Assembly (NCBI GenBank): GCA_030649025.1
Contig: JAUSGO010000028.1
Span: 1,074-65,073, forward strand
Reading direction: 5' to 3'
DNA length: 64,000 nucleotides
Origin: a bacterium
GTDB lineage: Bacteria; Patescibacteriota; Minisyncoccia; JAUYLV01
Shown here: positions 19,602 to 28,942 of the stretch, piece after piece
Numbering within the stretch: the first letter of the stretch is position 1
Layout: each line of letters opens with the position of its first letter
The notes under the pieces: generated by a model
Database searches by the model: none
What the model was told of the DNA's origin: nothing
The model's input: only the letters and a program-made list of their open reading frames with translations
Translations under genes and position numbers: made by a program

Positions 19602-19824
19602 AATTTGATCGCAACTTGTCGAAATAGCCTTATTCTACTTCGGTTCAAAGTTGTCAATCTGGCGGGGACAATGTCTGGAAGTTTGAACCAAAAACATGGC
19701 TCAAATTCAAGGATCTTGATAAAATCATACGCGAACTGCGGGCGATGTTCAAGCAACACCCTCAGTGGTTTGAGGTGCCTAAGCAAAAATCTGACAAAGG
19801 TAAGAATGTGGTTGAATACTCTAT

Positions 19825-21165
19825 TTAGTTAAAGCTCGGATCTTTCTTGAATGCCTTTTGGAGTATGAGTAGTGAGAACAGAACAACGGGCAAAGAGAGA
19901 ATTGCATTTTGAGGGTTGAGTTGATTTGCAAAGAACAAAACAACAATACTCAAAAATCCTAAAACCAAACTCCAAAATACTGCGCGTTGTTTCAGTTTCC
20001 AATAGAGTGATCCAAAAACTACTGGAAATAATGCAAGGTTCAAACTTGCGAGAGAAAAACCAAGAGCTAAAATGTTTTGGTAGAAAATAGCGACGAGAGC
20101 ACCAAGAAGAATGAAAACCACCATGAAAAAGCGAGTAAGCTTTTTCATGGATTCATCGGTATATTTTGCGGAGTAGTTTTTGAGGTCGCGTGTAAAAATG
20201 GAAGAGACAACGAAAGTAACAGTATCCGAAGATGAAAGAGCAACCGCGTAAAGCAAAACCATACCAAACTCCTTTAGTCCGAAAGGAAGCAAATGCGAGA
20301 AACCCGCAACTAAAGCGTCTTCGGGGACAATGTTCGGGAAAAATTGTTTTGTAGCAAGGCCCACAATACTAATTACAACCCCAAGAACTAAAAGTATAAT
20401 AACAGAATAATTTAATCCTCGTTTCAAATTCCTTTCGTCTTTAGTTGCAAAAATTCTTTGCCACAGATCTGGAGCAACCATAATTCCAAAGCCTGCAAGA
20501 ATAAGAAAGCCGATGATGTTGCCAGCTCCAAGTGTTCCGAGATAAAATTCCGAAATTGGAATATGAGTTTTCCCAAGAAAGAAAATCCCAACTGTTAAAG
20601 TCATTATGAACATGATTATCAATTGGAAAAAGTCTGTACGAATTACCGCTTTGAAACCAGCAAGTAAAAGATATGTCAAAACTATCAGTCCACCAATTAC
20701 AACAGCGAGAAAATATGGTATTGGAAAAATGGCCGCTAAAACTTTTCCACTAATTATCAAATTTACCACGAGCAATAAGAAAAACTGAAGTACCAAAAAA
20801 AACGAAAACATAAGGCCATTTTTCTTCCCTAAAATTCTGAAAAAATATTCAGGCATTGAATACACTTTCAGTTCGTCGGCTTTTTGTTTGATTCTTCCAG
20901 CATATTTTTTCAGTAGTAAAAATCCCAAAGCTAAGCCAACAAAAAGCCAAATGGCAGAAAAACCATATTGGTAAATATATGCCAGATAAATTGCCAAAAC
21001 TGAGCCGTCAAAAAAACCTGCGCTCATTGTTGCGGCGACTTGAACGCCTTGAACCTTGCGCTCGGCAATCATAAAATCGTCCTCACTTTCTTTTTTTGAA
21101 GAAACGATACCTATAATCACAACGATTGCTATGTATATAAGAAAAAATATGATCGATAGTGCCAT
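19825..21165 (-). CDS. Sodium:solute symporter family transporter (PutP-like)
   Basis: About 13 TM helices; DDFMIAERK, SMPEYF, KAVIRTDFFQ, LWQRIFA and ALSSSDT SSF motifs; visibly AT-rich. Confidence 0.88.
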   Translation of the reverse strand: MALSIIFFLIYIAIVVIIGIVSSKKESEDDFMIAERKVQGVQVAATMSAGFFDGSVLAIYLAYIYQYGFSAIWLFVGLALGFLLLKKYAGRIKQKADELKVYSMPEYFFRILGKKNGLMFSFFLVLQFFLLLVVNLIISGKVLAAIFPIPYFLAVVIGGLIVLTYLLLAGFKAVIRTDFFQLIIMFIMTLTVGIFFLGKTHIPISEFYLGTLGAGNIIGFLILAGFGIMVAPDLWQRIFATKDERNLKRGLNYSVIILLVLGVVISIVGLATKQFFPNIVPEDALVAGFSHLLPFGLKEFGMVLLYAVALSSSDTVTFVVSSIFTRDLKNYSAKYTDESMKKLTRFFMVVFILLGALVAIFYQNILALGFSLASLNLALFPVVFGSLYWKLKQRAVFWSLVLGFLSIVVLFFANQLNPQNAILSLPVVLFSLLILQKAFKKDPSFN

Positions 21166-21251
21166 AAGTATATTTTAGCTCAAAAAACCCTTATTTTTCT
21201 TGGGTTCTAACTCGGACTTCTGGCGGAGGAGGGAGGATTCGAACCTCTTGT

Positions 21252-21320
21252 TCCTGGGTAGCCAATTATTTTCGAGAAACAAGGAAGCTACCCGCAATAT
21301 GCTTCACTGAAGCATATTGC
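21252..21320 (-). repeat. tRNA-insertion element (Ser twin, variable arm)
   Basis: GCAATATGCTTCA-G-TGAAGCATATTGC + GGGTAGC-loop-GCTACCC-AGGA. Confidence 0.8.
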
Positions 21321-21398
21321 CCCCTTGCGAGGACTCTGGTTTTTTCCCGATTTGTCCAAATTTGAAAAAATTTGGCAACAAATCGCAATCCCGTCTCA

Positions 21399-21488
21399 TG
21401 GCGGAGGGGGTGGGATTCGAACCCACGAGGGTATTGCTACCCTGACGGTTTTCAAGACCGTTGCCTTCGACCACTCAGCCACCCCTCC
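21399..21488 (-). tRNA. tRNA-Ser(UGA)
   Basis: GGAGGGGTGGCTGAGTGG..ACGGTCTTGAAAACCGT..long variable arm..GGTTCGAATCCCACCCCCTCCGCCA; complete cloverleaf with CCA. Confidence 0.97.
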
Positions 21489-21519
21489 GCCATAGTACGG
21501 GACAAGACTGACTCGCTCT

Positions 21520-21590
21520 TCCTGGGCAGCCAATCATCTTTAAGAAACAAGGAAACTTGCCCGCAAAATCTGAAGACATTCAGATTTTGC
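21520..21590 (-). repeat. tRNA-insertion element (Ser twin, D-arm)
   Basis: GCAAAATCTGAA-TGTC-TTCAGATTTTGC + GGGCA-loop-TGCCC-AGGA. Confidence 0.8.
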
Positions 21591-21808
21591 CCACTCCTCC
21601 CAATGAAATATAAAGAAAGCCGAACTTGTTTTATTCTACTACTACTCGGCCATTAAAAAAAGAGTTTCCGGAACCCGCAGTCCATGTTGAGTAATTTGCT
21701 CATAATCGCATATAAGGGGCTTTGTGAGGCAATCTCATAAGACAAAGGATGTTAAGTCATAAAAAAACTCGCGGAGTGTTTCCGCGAGAAAATCCCTCTA
21801 AGCATTAT

Positions 21809-22390
21809 CTAGCCCGCTACCCAGATAAGGCCATTGATTTTCCATTGCTTGCCGACTTTTTTGAATATAAAGAAAATCGGCTCTCTAGACACGTGCCCCA
21901 AGAGTGCCATGGCAGCGTAGACGGCAGCCCCCTGATCATCCTCAGAAAGATGTATCCGGACTTCTTTAGCGGCATCTGCGAGCATCTTGGGTTGTATGCG
22001 CTCCACGATGTTTTTCGGATCCGTGGGCAGTTGAGCGTACTCTGCCGATCGAGGATCGCCGTGTCCAAGTGCATTTACCTCTCCGTGATCTTTGAAGAGC
22101 CACATGACAAGCGTTTTCCGTAGCCATTCATCGGTGTTCAGCGCTTCGCTGTCCGTGAGTTCAAACATCCTTCTTGTGCCGGATATAAACGACTCGTCTT
22201 GTTCAAAAAACCCGATGGCTTTATCGATATCCTGTTCAATGAGCCAGACGTGCAAAAATCCATTGAAAGCCTCGGCTACCTCTCGCTGTTCTTTGGCCGA
22301 CTTATCCCCGGCGGGGCTTGCGGCCGCCTGCCCAAATGGGCCCGCCGCAAAAAATAGAGCCGCTACTGCAAAAACCACAAATTGCTTCAT
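21809..22390 (-). CDS. Hypothetical secreted protein
   Basis: Signal peptide ending AAA; GGAGG RBS; C-terminal KKVGKQWKI resembles the end of an NTF2-like fold. Confidence 0.7.
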   Translation of the reverse strand: MKQFVVFAVAALFFAAGPFGQAAASPAGDKSAKEQREVAEAFNGFLHVWLIEQDIDKAIGFFEQDESFISGTRRMFELTDSEALNTDEWLRKTLVMWLFKDHGEVNALGHGDPRSAEYAQLPTDPKNIVERIQPKMLADAAKEVRIHLSEDDQGAAVYAAMALLGHVSREPIFFIFKKVGKQWKINGLIWVAG

Positions 22391-22482
22391 GCTTCTTCCT
22401 CCCTGTCAAAAAACATTATCTTTGTGCCATTCTAGTCAAAATTGCTATTGTCGTCAAGAGCCGAATATCTTATTGTGTAAGC

Positions 22483-23553
22483 ATGGGAGGCAAGGTTTTT
22501 TTCGGAATAGCCATTCTTATTGCGCTCATCTGCGGGGCTTCTTTCTTCGTGTTCTGGCAGACGTCTATTCCCGGCAGTTCGGGCGGCAATACCCAAAAAA
22601 GCATCACCACAACAGATGACGAGAAGACGGCTTCGAAAACCCAGGAACGCGTTAAGCTTTTTCCGCTTTTGCGTGCCGCGCTTATCGACCCCGTAACAAA
22701 AGGTTTGCCACCGAGAATCGCGGGAGAAGCCGGCCATCTGAATACACCCTTCAACCTGCTTATCGCTGGCGTTCCGGGAAAAGGAAATCCCGCACCGAAT
22801 CTTACCGACACTATCATGGTTATTCACATAGACCCCGGGCAAAAGATGGTATATTTATTTTCGCTTCCGCGCGATCTTCTCGTGCGGGCTCCGGATGCGT
22901 CATACTATACGCGGCTCAACGGGCTCTATGAGCGGGGCGGCATCACCTCGCTTTATCTGAAAGCAGAAGATGTTACGGGTCTTGAGATAAGCCGGTATAT
23001 TATTGTTGACCTGGAGGCTGTGAGCGAAATTGTTGATGCGCTCGGCGGAGTTAACGTGTATGTGGAGAAGGATATTTATGACCCGCGTTTCCCGGGCAAC
23101 GGGTTTTCCTACGAAACTTTTTCACTTAAAGCCGGGTGGCGATTTCTGGACGGCATTGCCTCAACCCGCTATATTCGCACCCGGAACGATATGGATGACG
23201 ATTTCGGAAGAATGCGCCGCCAACAGCTTTTTGGCGAGGCCCTGAAACAGAAGATCTCGGGACTATCGTTCGTGTGGGATATGCCAACATTCCTCAAGGT
23301 CTTAGATTCGGTCAGCACTCACGTAAAAACCAATTTGAACGCCGACGAACTTTTGTGGCTGTTCGATTTTGGGAAAAAGCTCCCGCAGGACAAGATCGTC
23401 ATCGCCCCGCTTGATGCCGATGCCAAGAAAAATCTTTTTACCACCGGAGATTTTTGGTTCGGAGAAGCTCGCGCGTCCATTGTGGAACCCCTTGAAGGGA
23501 TTGAACAGTACGAGGCTATTAGGGAATACGTGCAACGAGTGTTACCATACTGA
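22483..23553 (+). CDS. LytR-CpsA-Psr (LCP) family protein
   Basis: N-terminal TM; LTDTIMV, SLPRDL, VDALGGV, YIRTR..DDFGRMRRQQ. Confidence 0.92.
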   Translation: MGGKVFFGIAILIALICGASFFVFWQTSIPGSSGGNTQKSITTTDDEKTASKTQERVKLFPLLRAALIDPVTKGLPPRIAGEAGHLNTPFNLLIAGVPGKGNPAPNLTDTIMVIHIDPGQKMVYLFSLPRDLLVRAPDASYYTRLNGLYERGGITSLYLKAEDVTGLEISRYIIVDLEAVSEIVDALGGVNVYVEKDIYDPRFPGNGFSYETFSLKAGWRFLDGIASTRYIRTRNDMDDDFGRMRRQQLFGEALKQKISGLSFVWDMPTFLKVLDSVSTHVKTNLNADELLWLFDFGKKLPQDKIVIAPLDADAKKNLFTTGDFWFGEARASIVEPLEGIEQYEAIREYVQRVLPY

Positions 23554-23556
23554 CAC

Positions 23557-24141
23557 ATGACGCAGAATGAAAAACACCATCTTCTTATAGTCGGCCTGGG
23601 AAATCCCGACAAAGCATATGAAGAAACGCCACATAACTTGGGACGCTTTTGTGTTTCGCGGTATGCGGAGGCTTTGGGATTCTCCGATTTTACGGCGGAG
23701 AAAAAATTTAACGCGCTTGTATCCAGCGGCCTTTTGCACGAACAGCGGATCATGGCCCAGCTTCCCGAGACATTCATGAACAACTCGGGCCAAGCTGTAT
23801 TGGCGATATCGCATTTTTACAATATTTCCCCTACGCATATATGGATCGTGCACGACGACATCGACCTGCCTCTTGGAAGCGTGCGTGTCGCATTCGGCGG
23901 AGGATCCGCCGGGCATCATGGCGTGGAATCGATTTCCCAAAAGCTCGGTGAAGCGCATTTCTGGAGATTTCGCATTGGCATCGCTCCGGAAAAAGCTCTG
24001 GAGATACCCCTCGATGCGTATGTGCTTAAGAAGGGCGTCATCGACGCCAAAGCAACGGAAAATATTATTTCAAGAACGGCTTATTTGCTCACGCTTGCTC
24101 TTGAAAAAGGAATAGAAGAAGCGCAAAAACAATCGGATTGA
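23557..24141 (+). CDS. pth: Peptidyl-tRNA hydrolase
   Basis: LIVGLGNP, HNLG, TFMNNSG, HDDIDL, GSAGHHG. Confidence 0.95.
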   Translation: MTQNEKHHLLIVGLGNPDKAYEETPHNLGRFCVSRYAEALGFSDFTAEKKFNALVSSGLLHEQRIMAQLPETFMNNSGQAVLAISHFYNISPTHIWIVHDDIDLPLGSVRVAFGGGSAGHHGVESISQKLGEAHFWRFRIGIAPEKALEIPLDAYVLKKGVIDAKATENIISRTAYLLTLALEKGIEEAQKQSD

Positions 24142-24156
24142 TGCAAAACAGATGGC

Positions 24157-24185
24157 TTGACATAGCGTTTTTTATTTGGTAACAT
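24157..24185 (+). promoter_or_regulatory. Sigma70-type promoter upstream of mfd
   Basis: TTGACA-17nt-TAACAT with TG extension. Confidence 0.55.
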
Positions 24186-24249
24186 TTCCTTAAGACATAC
24201 GACACGCCGCCCGTTACCTTCGGGCGAGATTGTGTTATTCCTGATCAGA

Positions 24250-26343
24250 ATGAGCGTGGAGAAGAAAAATAAGACAAAAACCGAAAAATCTCTTTTCATT
24301 ATTGGATTGCGGCCGCTCGGACACCGAGTTGGAGATCTTTCATTGGAGGAAGCCCGGGGAATGCCTCGGAAAGATTCTGTTGCTAAAATTGCCGCATCCG
24401 AAAAGATAACCGTAAACTGGCTTCGTGAACACGAAGGAGACGTTGTGCGGGCCGTGAACGCCAATCCTTTTTGGCACAAGAATCTCTGTGCCGTAGAAAC
24501 CGGCCAGGTTCTTAATTTGTCCGATTTTTTGCGCACATTGGAAAGCCTTGCATATGAAAAAGCGCAAACCATCGCGCGACCGGGCGAATACGCCCACCGG
24601 GGAGGGAACGTGGAACTCTGGCCCATAAACCGCGGCTCTCGCTATCACATAGAGTTCTATGGAAACAGCATTGAATCCATAGAATCATTGAGTGAAAAAC
24701 GATATCGGGACAAGGAGCACATGCAGCTTTTTTCTCGGCGCTTCGGTAGCGAACTCATTGATGCGCTGCGCCCCGGTGACTTCGTGGTCCATTTTGATCA
24801 TGGCATAGGAGTATTTCTTGAGAAAAAGGAGATTGCCGGACGCGAAACGGGACGCGCCCAGACCTATTATGTCTTAGAGTACGCAAAGGGCGATCGCCTC
24901 ATGGTCCCGGAGAGCAAGAAAGAGAAGCTCTCGCTTTATGTGGGTCTTAAAACTCCCGAGGTGCACAGGCTCGGAAGCAGCGCCTGGTCAAAAACGCGGC
25001 GAATGGTAAGGGCAAGCGCTCTGATATTCGCCAAGGAATTGCTGCAGCTTTACGCTCACCGGGAACTGGAAAAAGGCTATGCGTTCGGGCCGGACGACGC
25101 CCACCAAAAAGAATTTGAAGAATCCTGTTCTTTCGAAGAAACCCTGGACCAGCGCGTCGCAACAGACCAAATAAAAGCCGACATGGAGGGCGGCCGGCCC
25201 ATGGAGCGCCTGCTTGCCGGGGATGTCGGTTTTGGGAAGACCGAGGTTGCCATGCGCGCCGCTTTCAAGGCGGTAATGGCAGGAAAGCAGGTTGCCCTGC
25301 TTGCTCCGACCACCGTGCTTGCCTACCAACATTTCCGGACATTCAGCGACCGCATGAAGTCGTACCCCGTGCGCATCGCATTGCTCTCGCGTTTAAAACT
25401 CTATGAAACGGCACGCGAGACGGAGGGGGAGGTTTTGCAACATATTAAAAACGGGAGTATCGATATCATCATTGGCACGCACCGTCTTCTGTCCAAAGAC
25501 GTGCGTTTTAAGGATCTGGGACTGCTCATCATCGACGAAGAGCAAAAATTCGGGGTCAAGCAAAAAGAAAAACTCAAGACGCTCAAGACGAACCTCGACG
25601 TACTGCTTATTTCGGCAACCCCCATTCCGCGAACGCTCAATTTGGCCTTGGCCGGACTGCGGGAAATGTCTATTATTTCAACGCCTCCCCCCGGCCGCAT
25701 GCCGATCCAAACACTCGTTCTTCCGGACAGCGACGAGATGATTCGCAAGGCACTCTTGGACGAACTGCATCGGGACGGACAAGTATATGTGCTATGGAAT
25801 CGGGTGGAAACAATGGCGCTTGCGAGAAAGAAGATCGTCGAGCTTGCTCCACGAAATGCAAAAATCGAAGTGGCACACGGGAAGATGGGCGAGATCGCGC
25901 TTATTGAGATCATGGAAAAATTCCGCGACCGCAAAATAGATATTCTGGTGGCAACGACCATTATTGAAAACGGCCTTGATTTTGAAAACGTCAATACGCT
26001 TGTGGTGATGAATGCCACGCGCCTGGGCCTTGCGCAAACCTACCAATTGCGCGGCCGCATTGGGAGAGGAGACAGACAGGCCTACGCGTATTTTTTCTAT
26101 CCTTCCTCAAACTCGGGAAAGGCCGAGCTTTCCGAAAATGCGAAAATGCGCCTAGAGGCGCTTGAGGAATTCGCGGAACTTGGCAGCGGCTATCGCGTGG
26201 CCTTACGGGACCTGGAAATACGCGGCGCAGGCAACATGCTTGGCAGGGAGCAATCAGGAAACATCTACCGCGTCGGATTGAATCTGTATCTTTCCATGCT
26301 TGCTGAAGCCGTAGAAGAACTTCGAGGAAAAGAAAAAAAATAA
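24250..26343 (+). CDS. mfd: Transcription-repair coupling factor, short form
   Basis: CarD/RID domain (VVHFDHGIG), GDVGFGKTEVAMRA, DEEQKFG, SATPIPRT, QLRGRIGR, TRG motif DLEIRGAG; no C-terminal TRCF domain. Confidence 0.9.
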   Translation: MSVEKKNKTKTEKSLFIIGLRPLGHRVGDLSLEEARGMPRKDSVAKIAASEKITVNWLREHEGDVVRAVNANPFWHKNLCAVETGQVLNLSDFLRTLESLAYEKAQTIARPGEYAHRGGNVELWPINRGSRYHIEFYGNSIESIESLSEKRYRDKEHMQLFSRRFGSELIDALRPGDFVVHFDHGIGVFLEKKEIAGRETGRAQTYYVLEYAKGDRLMVPESKKEKLSLYVGLKTPEVHRLGSSAWSKTRRMVRASALIFAKELLQLYAHRELEKGYAFGPDDAHQKEFEESCSFEETLDQRVATDQIKADMEGGRPMERLLAGDVGFGKTEVAMRAAFKAVMAGKQVALLAPTTVLAYQHFRTFSDRMKSYPVRIALLSRLKLYETARETEGEVLQHIKNGSIDIIIGTHRLLSKDVRFKDLGLLIIDEEQKFGVKQKEKLKTLKTNLDVLLISATPIPRTLNLALAGLREMSIISTPPPGRMPIQTLVLPDSDEMIRKALLDELHRDGQVYVLWNRVETMALARKKIVELAPRNAKIEVAHGKMGEIALIEIMEKFRDRKIDILVATTIIENGLDFENVNTLVVMNATRLGLAQTYQLRGRIGRGDRQAYAYFFYPSSNSGKAELSENAKMRLEALEEFAELGSGYRVALRDLEIRGAGNMLGREQSGNIYRVGLNLYLSMLAEAVEELRGKEKK

Positions 26344-26407
26344 ACGAGAAAGAAAAAAGCCGGGAAGTATTTCCGGCAGTTTTTGCATGAAGGCAAAAGA
26401 AGCAACC

Positions 26408-27055
26408 TCACTTTGGGGGTGCGAGAGGCTTCTCGATACCCGTCTCGAATGACTTGTTGACCGTGGCAGTGCTAATCGGCTCAGCCATTTTTTCCAAGGC
26501 GTCCACCGCGTAGTAGTCCGTGCTGCCGACGCGGAAATGAAGATCGCGGCTTGGGTAGATGCCGCTTAAGATCCACGCCCGGACGATCCCCTCTTTGCGC
26601 CAGTAGTTGTATGCCTGTGCTTTTTCAATGCGCAGATTCTGCTTGTTCCGAATCGCTTCACGGCCGGCGCTGATAGTCGGCAAGATCTTATCGTAAATAT
26701 TGAGCGGAGTTGTATCGGGATACGCTTCGGACACGGCCTGCAGAAGCGCCGTCCCCTGGTTCGGGTTGTCGCCGTACCGCCCCTCGATGGCGTTCCGAAT
26801 AATGGCATCCATCTTCTCCGACTTCAGATTGCCAAGACCGGTTTGTTCGTAGAATGTCAGTTCATACGTCGCGCGTTCCGAAACCTCTACGCGAACGATC
26901 TTGTTCAGGTCTGTCTCCCACGCAAGCGCGGCGTTTCGAACGCTCACGGCATAGCTGTATAAGCTTATGGCCGCAACGCCCACCGTAAAAGCAATCGCCA
27001 GGATCAGAAACAAACCCTTCACCACCCCGGCTTCCGAATGAAATCTGTTCTTCAT
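26408..27055 (-). CDS. LemA-like single-pass membrane protein
   Basis: N-terminal TM then a helical region with LLQAVSEAYP..I..GR..AQAYN, echoing the LemA family pattern; purine-rich RBS before ATG 27055. Confidence 0.55.
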   Translation of the reverse strand: MKNRFHSEAGVVKGLFLILAIAFTVGVAAISLYSYAVSVRNAALAWETDLNKIVRVEVSERATYELTFYEQTGLGNLKSEKMDAIIRNAIEGRYGDNPNQGTALLQAVSEAYPDTTPLNIYDKILPTISAGREAIRNKQNLRIEKAQAYNYWRKEGIVRAWILSGIYPSRDLHFRVGSTDYYAVDALEKMAEPISTATVNKSFETGIEKPLAPPK

Positions 27056-27122
27056 GAATTTTCCCCCTTCTTTTTTTGTTGATTGGTTGAGTTTCCTGGC
27101 GGATCTATCTTCGCCGCCAGCG

Positions 27123-28523
27123 TTACGTCCTCTCGGACGGATCATGGTGCGTAGCCGCCCACAGCCAGGCCCCGCAGCATATAAATAGTGTAAAGATGAA
27201 AATTGTCCACATCTGGCCGGTACTTGGCCGGATTTCGTTCTTCAAGTAAAGAAACCCACCCTGTCCGTCGTCACCCGACATGCTTACCCGCTTGAACTTC
27301 GTTGCCGGATTATCCGCTCCCCAAAGCACGCGCTGGATTGGGCCATATGCGCCGTCGGGTGGATAGTGAATGCCCTTGGCGTCTTTGCGGCTTGCTGGCG
27401 GACCTAAAAGCGTCGCGGCAGTAAGCGGCAGACCTTTAAGGCCATCACGCATCATCACAATAAACTTCTCATTTCCCAGCGGCATCCCGGTAAACGCCCT
27501 GCTCCAGGATACCGTCGCGCCATCAGCGGTGCCGACAAGAACGACAATGCCGTTTTTGGACAATGCGTCACTGCCATAAATACTTTTGTCCTGCCAGTGG
27601 GCTTTGAGCGCGAACACGTAGCGATCCGGATTTCTGGAGACCGCCTCGTCTTTAACGACAACCAGGTGCAGGTCTCCTTGCATTTGACTTCCGAGGTTCG
27701 CGTTCAGATATTCCAGCGCTTCCTGCCACGCGCGGCCGTCTTGCGGAAGCCAGCCAACGAAATAAACTTTGTCGGCGCGATAGAACGACTGAACGGTTCT
27801 GAACAGCATCGGTAAAAGCTTGCGCGACTGATAATCAAGGATATCGCCGGAAGATTCTTTCATCAGCGTATGCTCCGATGCCAAGATGTAGTTGACGTAG
27901 CTTCTCCGCGCAGTGACCGGACCGGGTCTATTTGCTTCGCAGCGGGCGCGCACCGCAACCCAGAACGGGGGCTCTCCCGTTCCGGCGCTCGAAATAACGT
28001 TCTGGGGAATAGGGGTTCCTGCGCGCCATTGGTGCGCTTGCGGGTTTTCTGGAAAAACATTCGTCGCAATAGTATAGCGCCCCAGCGTCGTATCCGCGTA
28101 AAAGTTATATTCGCGGTCCACATAGGGGCAGGAATGATAGCGGGTTTCCGGGCGGTAACAGGTGCTGCATGACGTATATCCGTTTTTGTCTGTCGTGCAC
28201 ATGCAATCATATGCCACCATCACGATATACGGATCGCAGTCGTACTCGTACCGGCATGGGCCGTCGCGAGTGCACTCTACATACTCCTTGACCGCGGCAA
28301 CTTCCCAGCCGTTCCAGTACTCCATAAACTTCAACTTGCTGTCTCTGGCCATCGTCCATCCCACCCAAGCAACCAATACGGCGGCTATGGGCGAGACAGC
28401 CATGCCGATGGCGTATTCGCGCCACGTAATGCGTGCCTCACGGTTTTGAGCTTCCAAAATCCATTTGATAAGAAGGCCCGCCAAGGCGGTAATCATGATC
28501 GTTGCCAAAATCAATGTCACCAT
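27123..28523 (-). CDS. Membrane protein with Cys-rich extracellular domain and TPM-like C-terminal region
   Basis: Two N-terminal TMs; CTRDGPCRYEYDCDPY..CMC..CSTC..HSCPY; SKNGIVVLVG; C-terminal TM; AAGGAG RBS. Confidence 0.6.
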   Translation of the reverse strand: MVTLILATIMITALAGLLIKWILEAQNREARITWREYAIGMAVSPIAAVLVAWVGWTMARDSKLKFMEYWNGWEVAAVKEYVECTRDGPCRYEYDCDPYIVMVAYDCMCTTDKNGYTSCSTCYRPETRYHSCPYVDREYNFYADTTLGRYTIATNVFPENPQAHQWRAGTPIPQNVISSAGTGEPPFWVAVRARCEANRPGPVTARRSYVNYILASEHTLMKESSGDILDYQSRKLLPMLFRTVQSFYRADKVYFVGWLPQDGRAWQEALEYLNANLGSQMQGDLHLVVVKDEAVSRNPDRYVFALKAHWQDKSIYGSDALSKNGIVVLVGTADGATVSWSRAFTGMPLGNEKFIVMMRDGLKGLPLTAATLLGPPASRKDAKGIHYPPDGAYGPIQRVLWGADNPATKFKRVSMSGDDGQGGFLYLKNEIRPSTGQMWTIFIFTLFICCGAWLWAATHHDPSERT

Positions 28524-28942
28524 CTTTATGTGCTCCTTTTGGGGTTTTCAAAGAAACTTGCCACAGAAAGGTAAATGTAGCACAAACGAAAATCTATGTC
28601 AAACACAATATGCCACACATTTCTAAAATTTCAACCTCGAAAAAAAATATTTTCTTGGCATATATAGGCCAATATTTGGATTCTGAGGGACAAGATTTTT
28701 CAAAACCCTCCCACTGAAAAAACAAAGCGATATACCACACTAATCCCTTAAAAATAAAGGTCATTAAATCCTTTGTTTCCTGTATTCGCTCGGAAATGCA
28801 AAAGCAAACTTTTGTATTTCACTCGACCCGCTTGGAAAGAAGCTTATAGTGCGGGATACTGGATGTATATCCTTAGGCTTCAAGGAGATATGTGCTCCTC
28901 GACCGGATCCGTCGGTTAGCGGACGCGTGGGAGGTTTTTCTT

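Larger units (their letters stand above)
21221..21600 (-). ncRNA. Interrupted tRNA-Ser-like twin with two ~70-nt insertions, enclosing the canonical tRNA-Ser
   Basis: 5' GGAGGAG (21600-21594) pairs 7/7 with 3' CTCCTCC-GCCA (to 21221); T-arm GAGGTTCGAATCCTC; variable-arm hairpin GTCCTC-GCAA-GGGG; anticodon halves CTTG | AAAA flank the nested tRNA. Confidence 0.6.

Noticed and set aside
19598-19832. ORFs 19598-19786 (-) and 19605-19832 (+) as real genes
   Set aside because: No RBS or recognisable motif; the region is better explained as an att-like site plus a startless coding remnant
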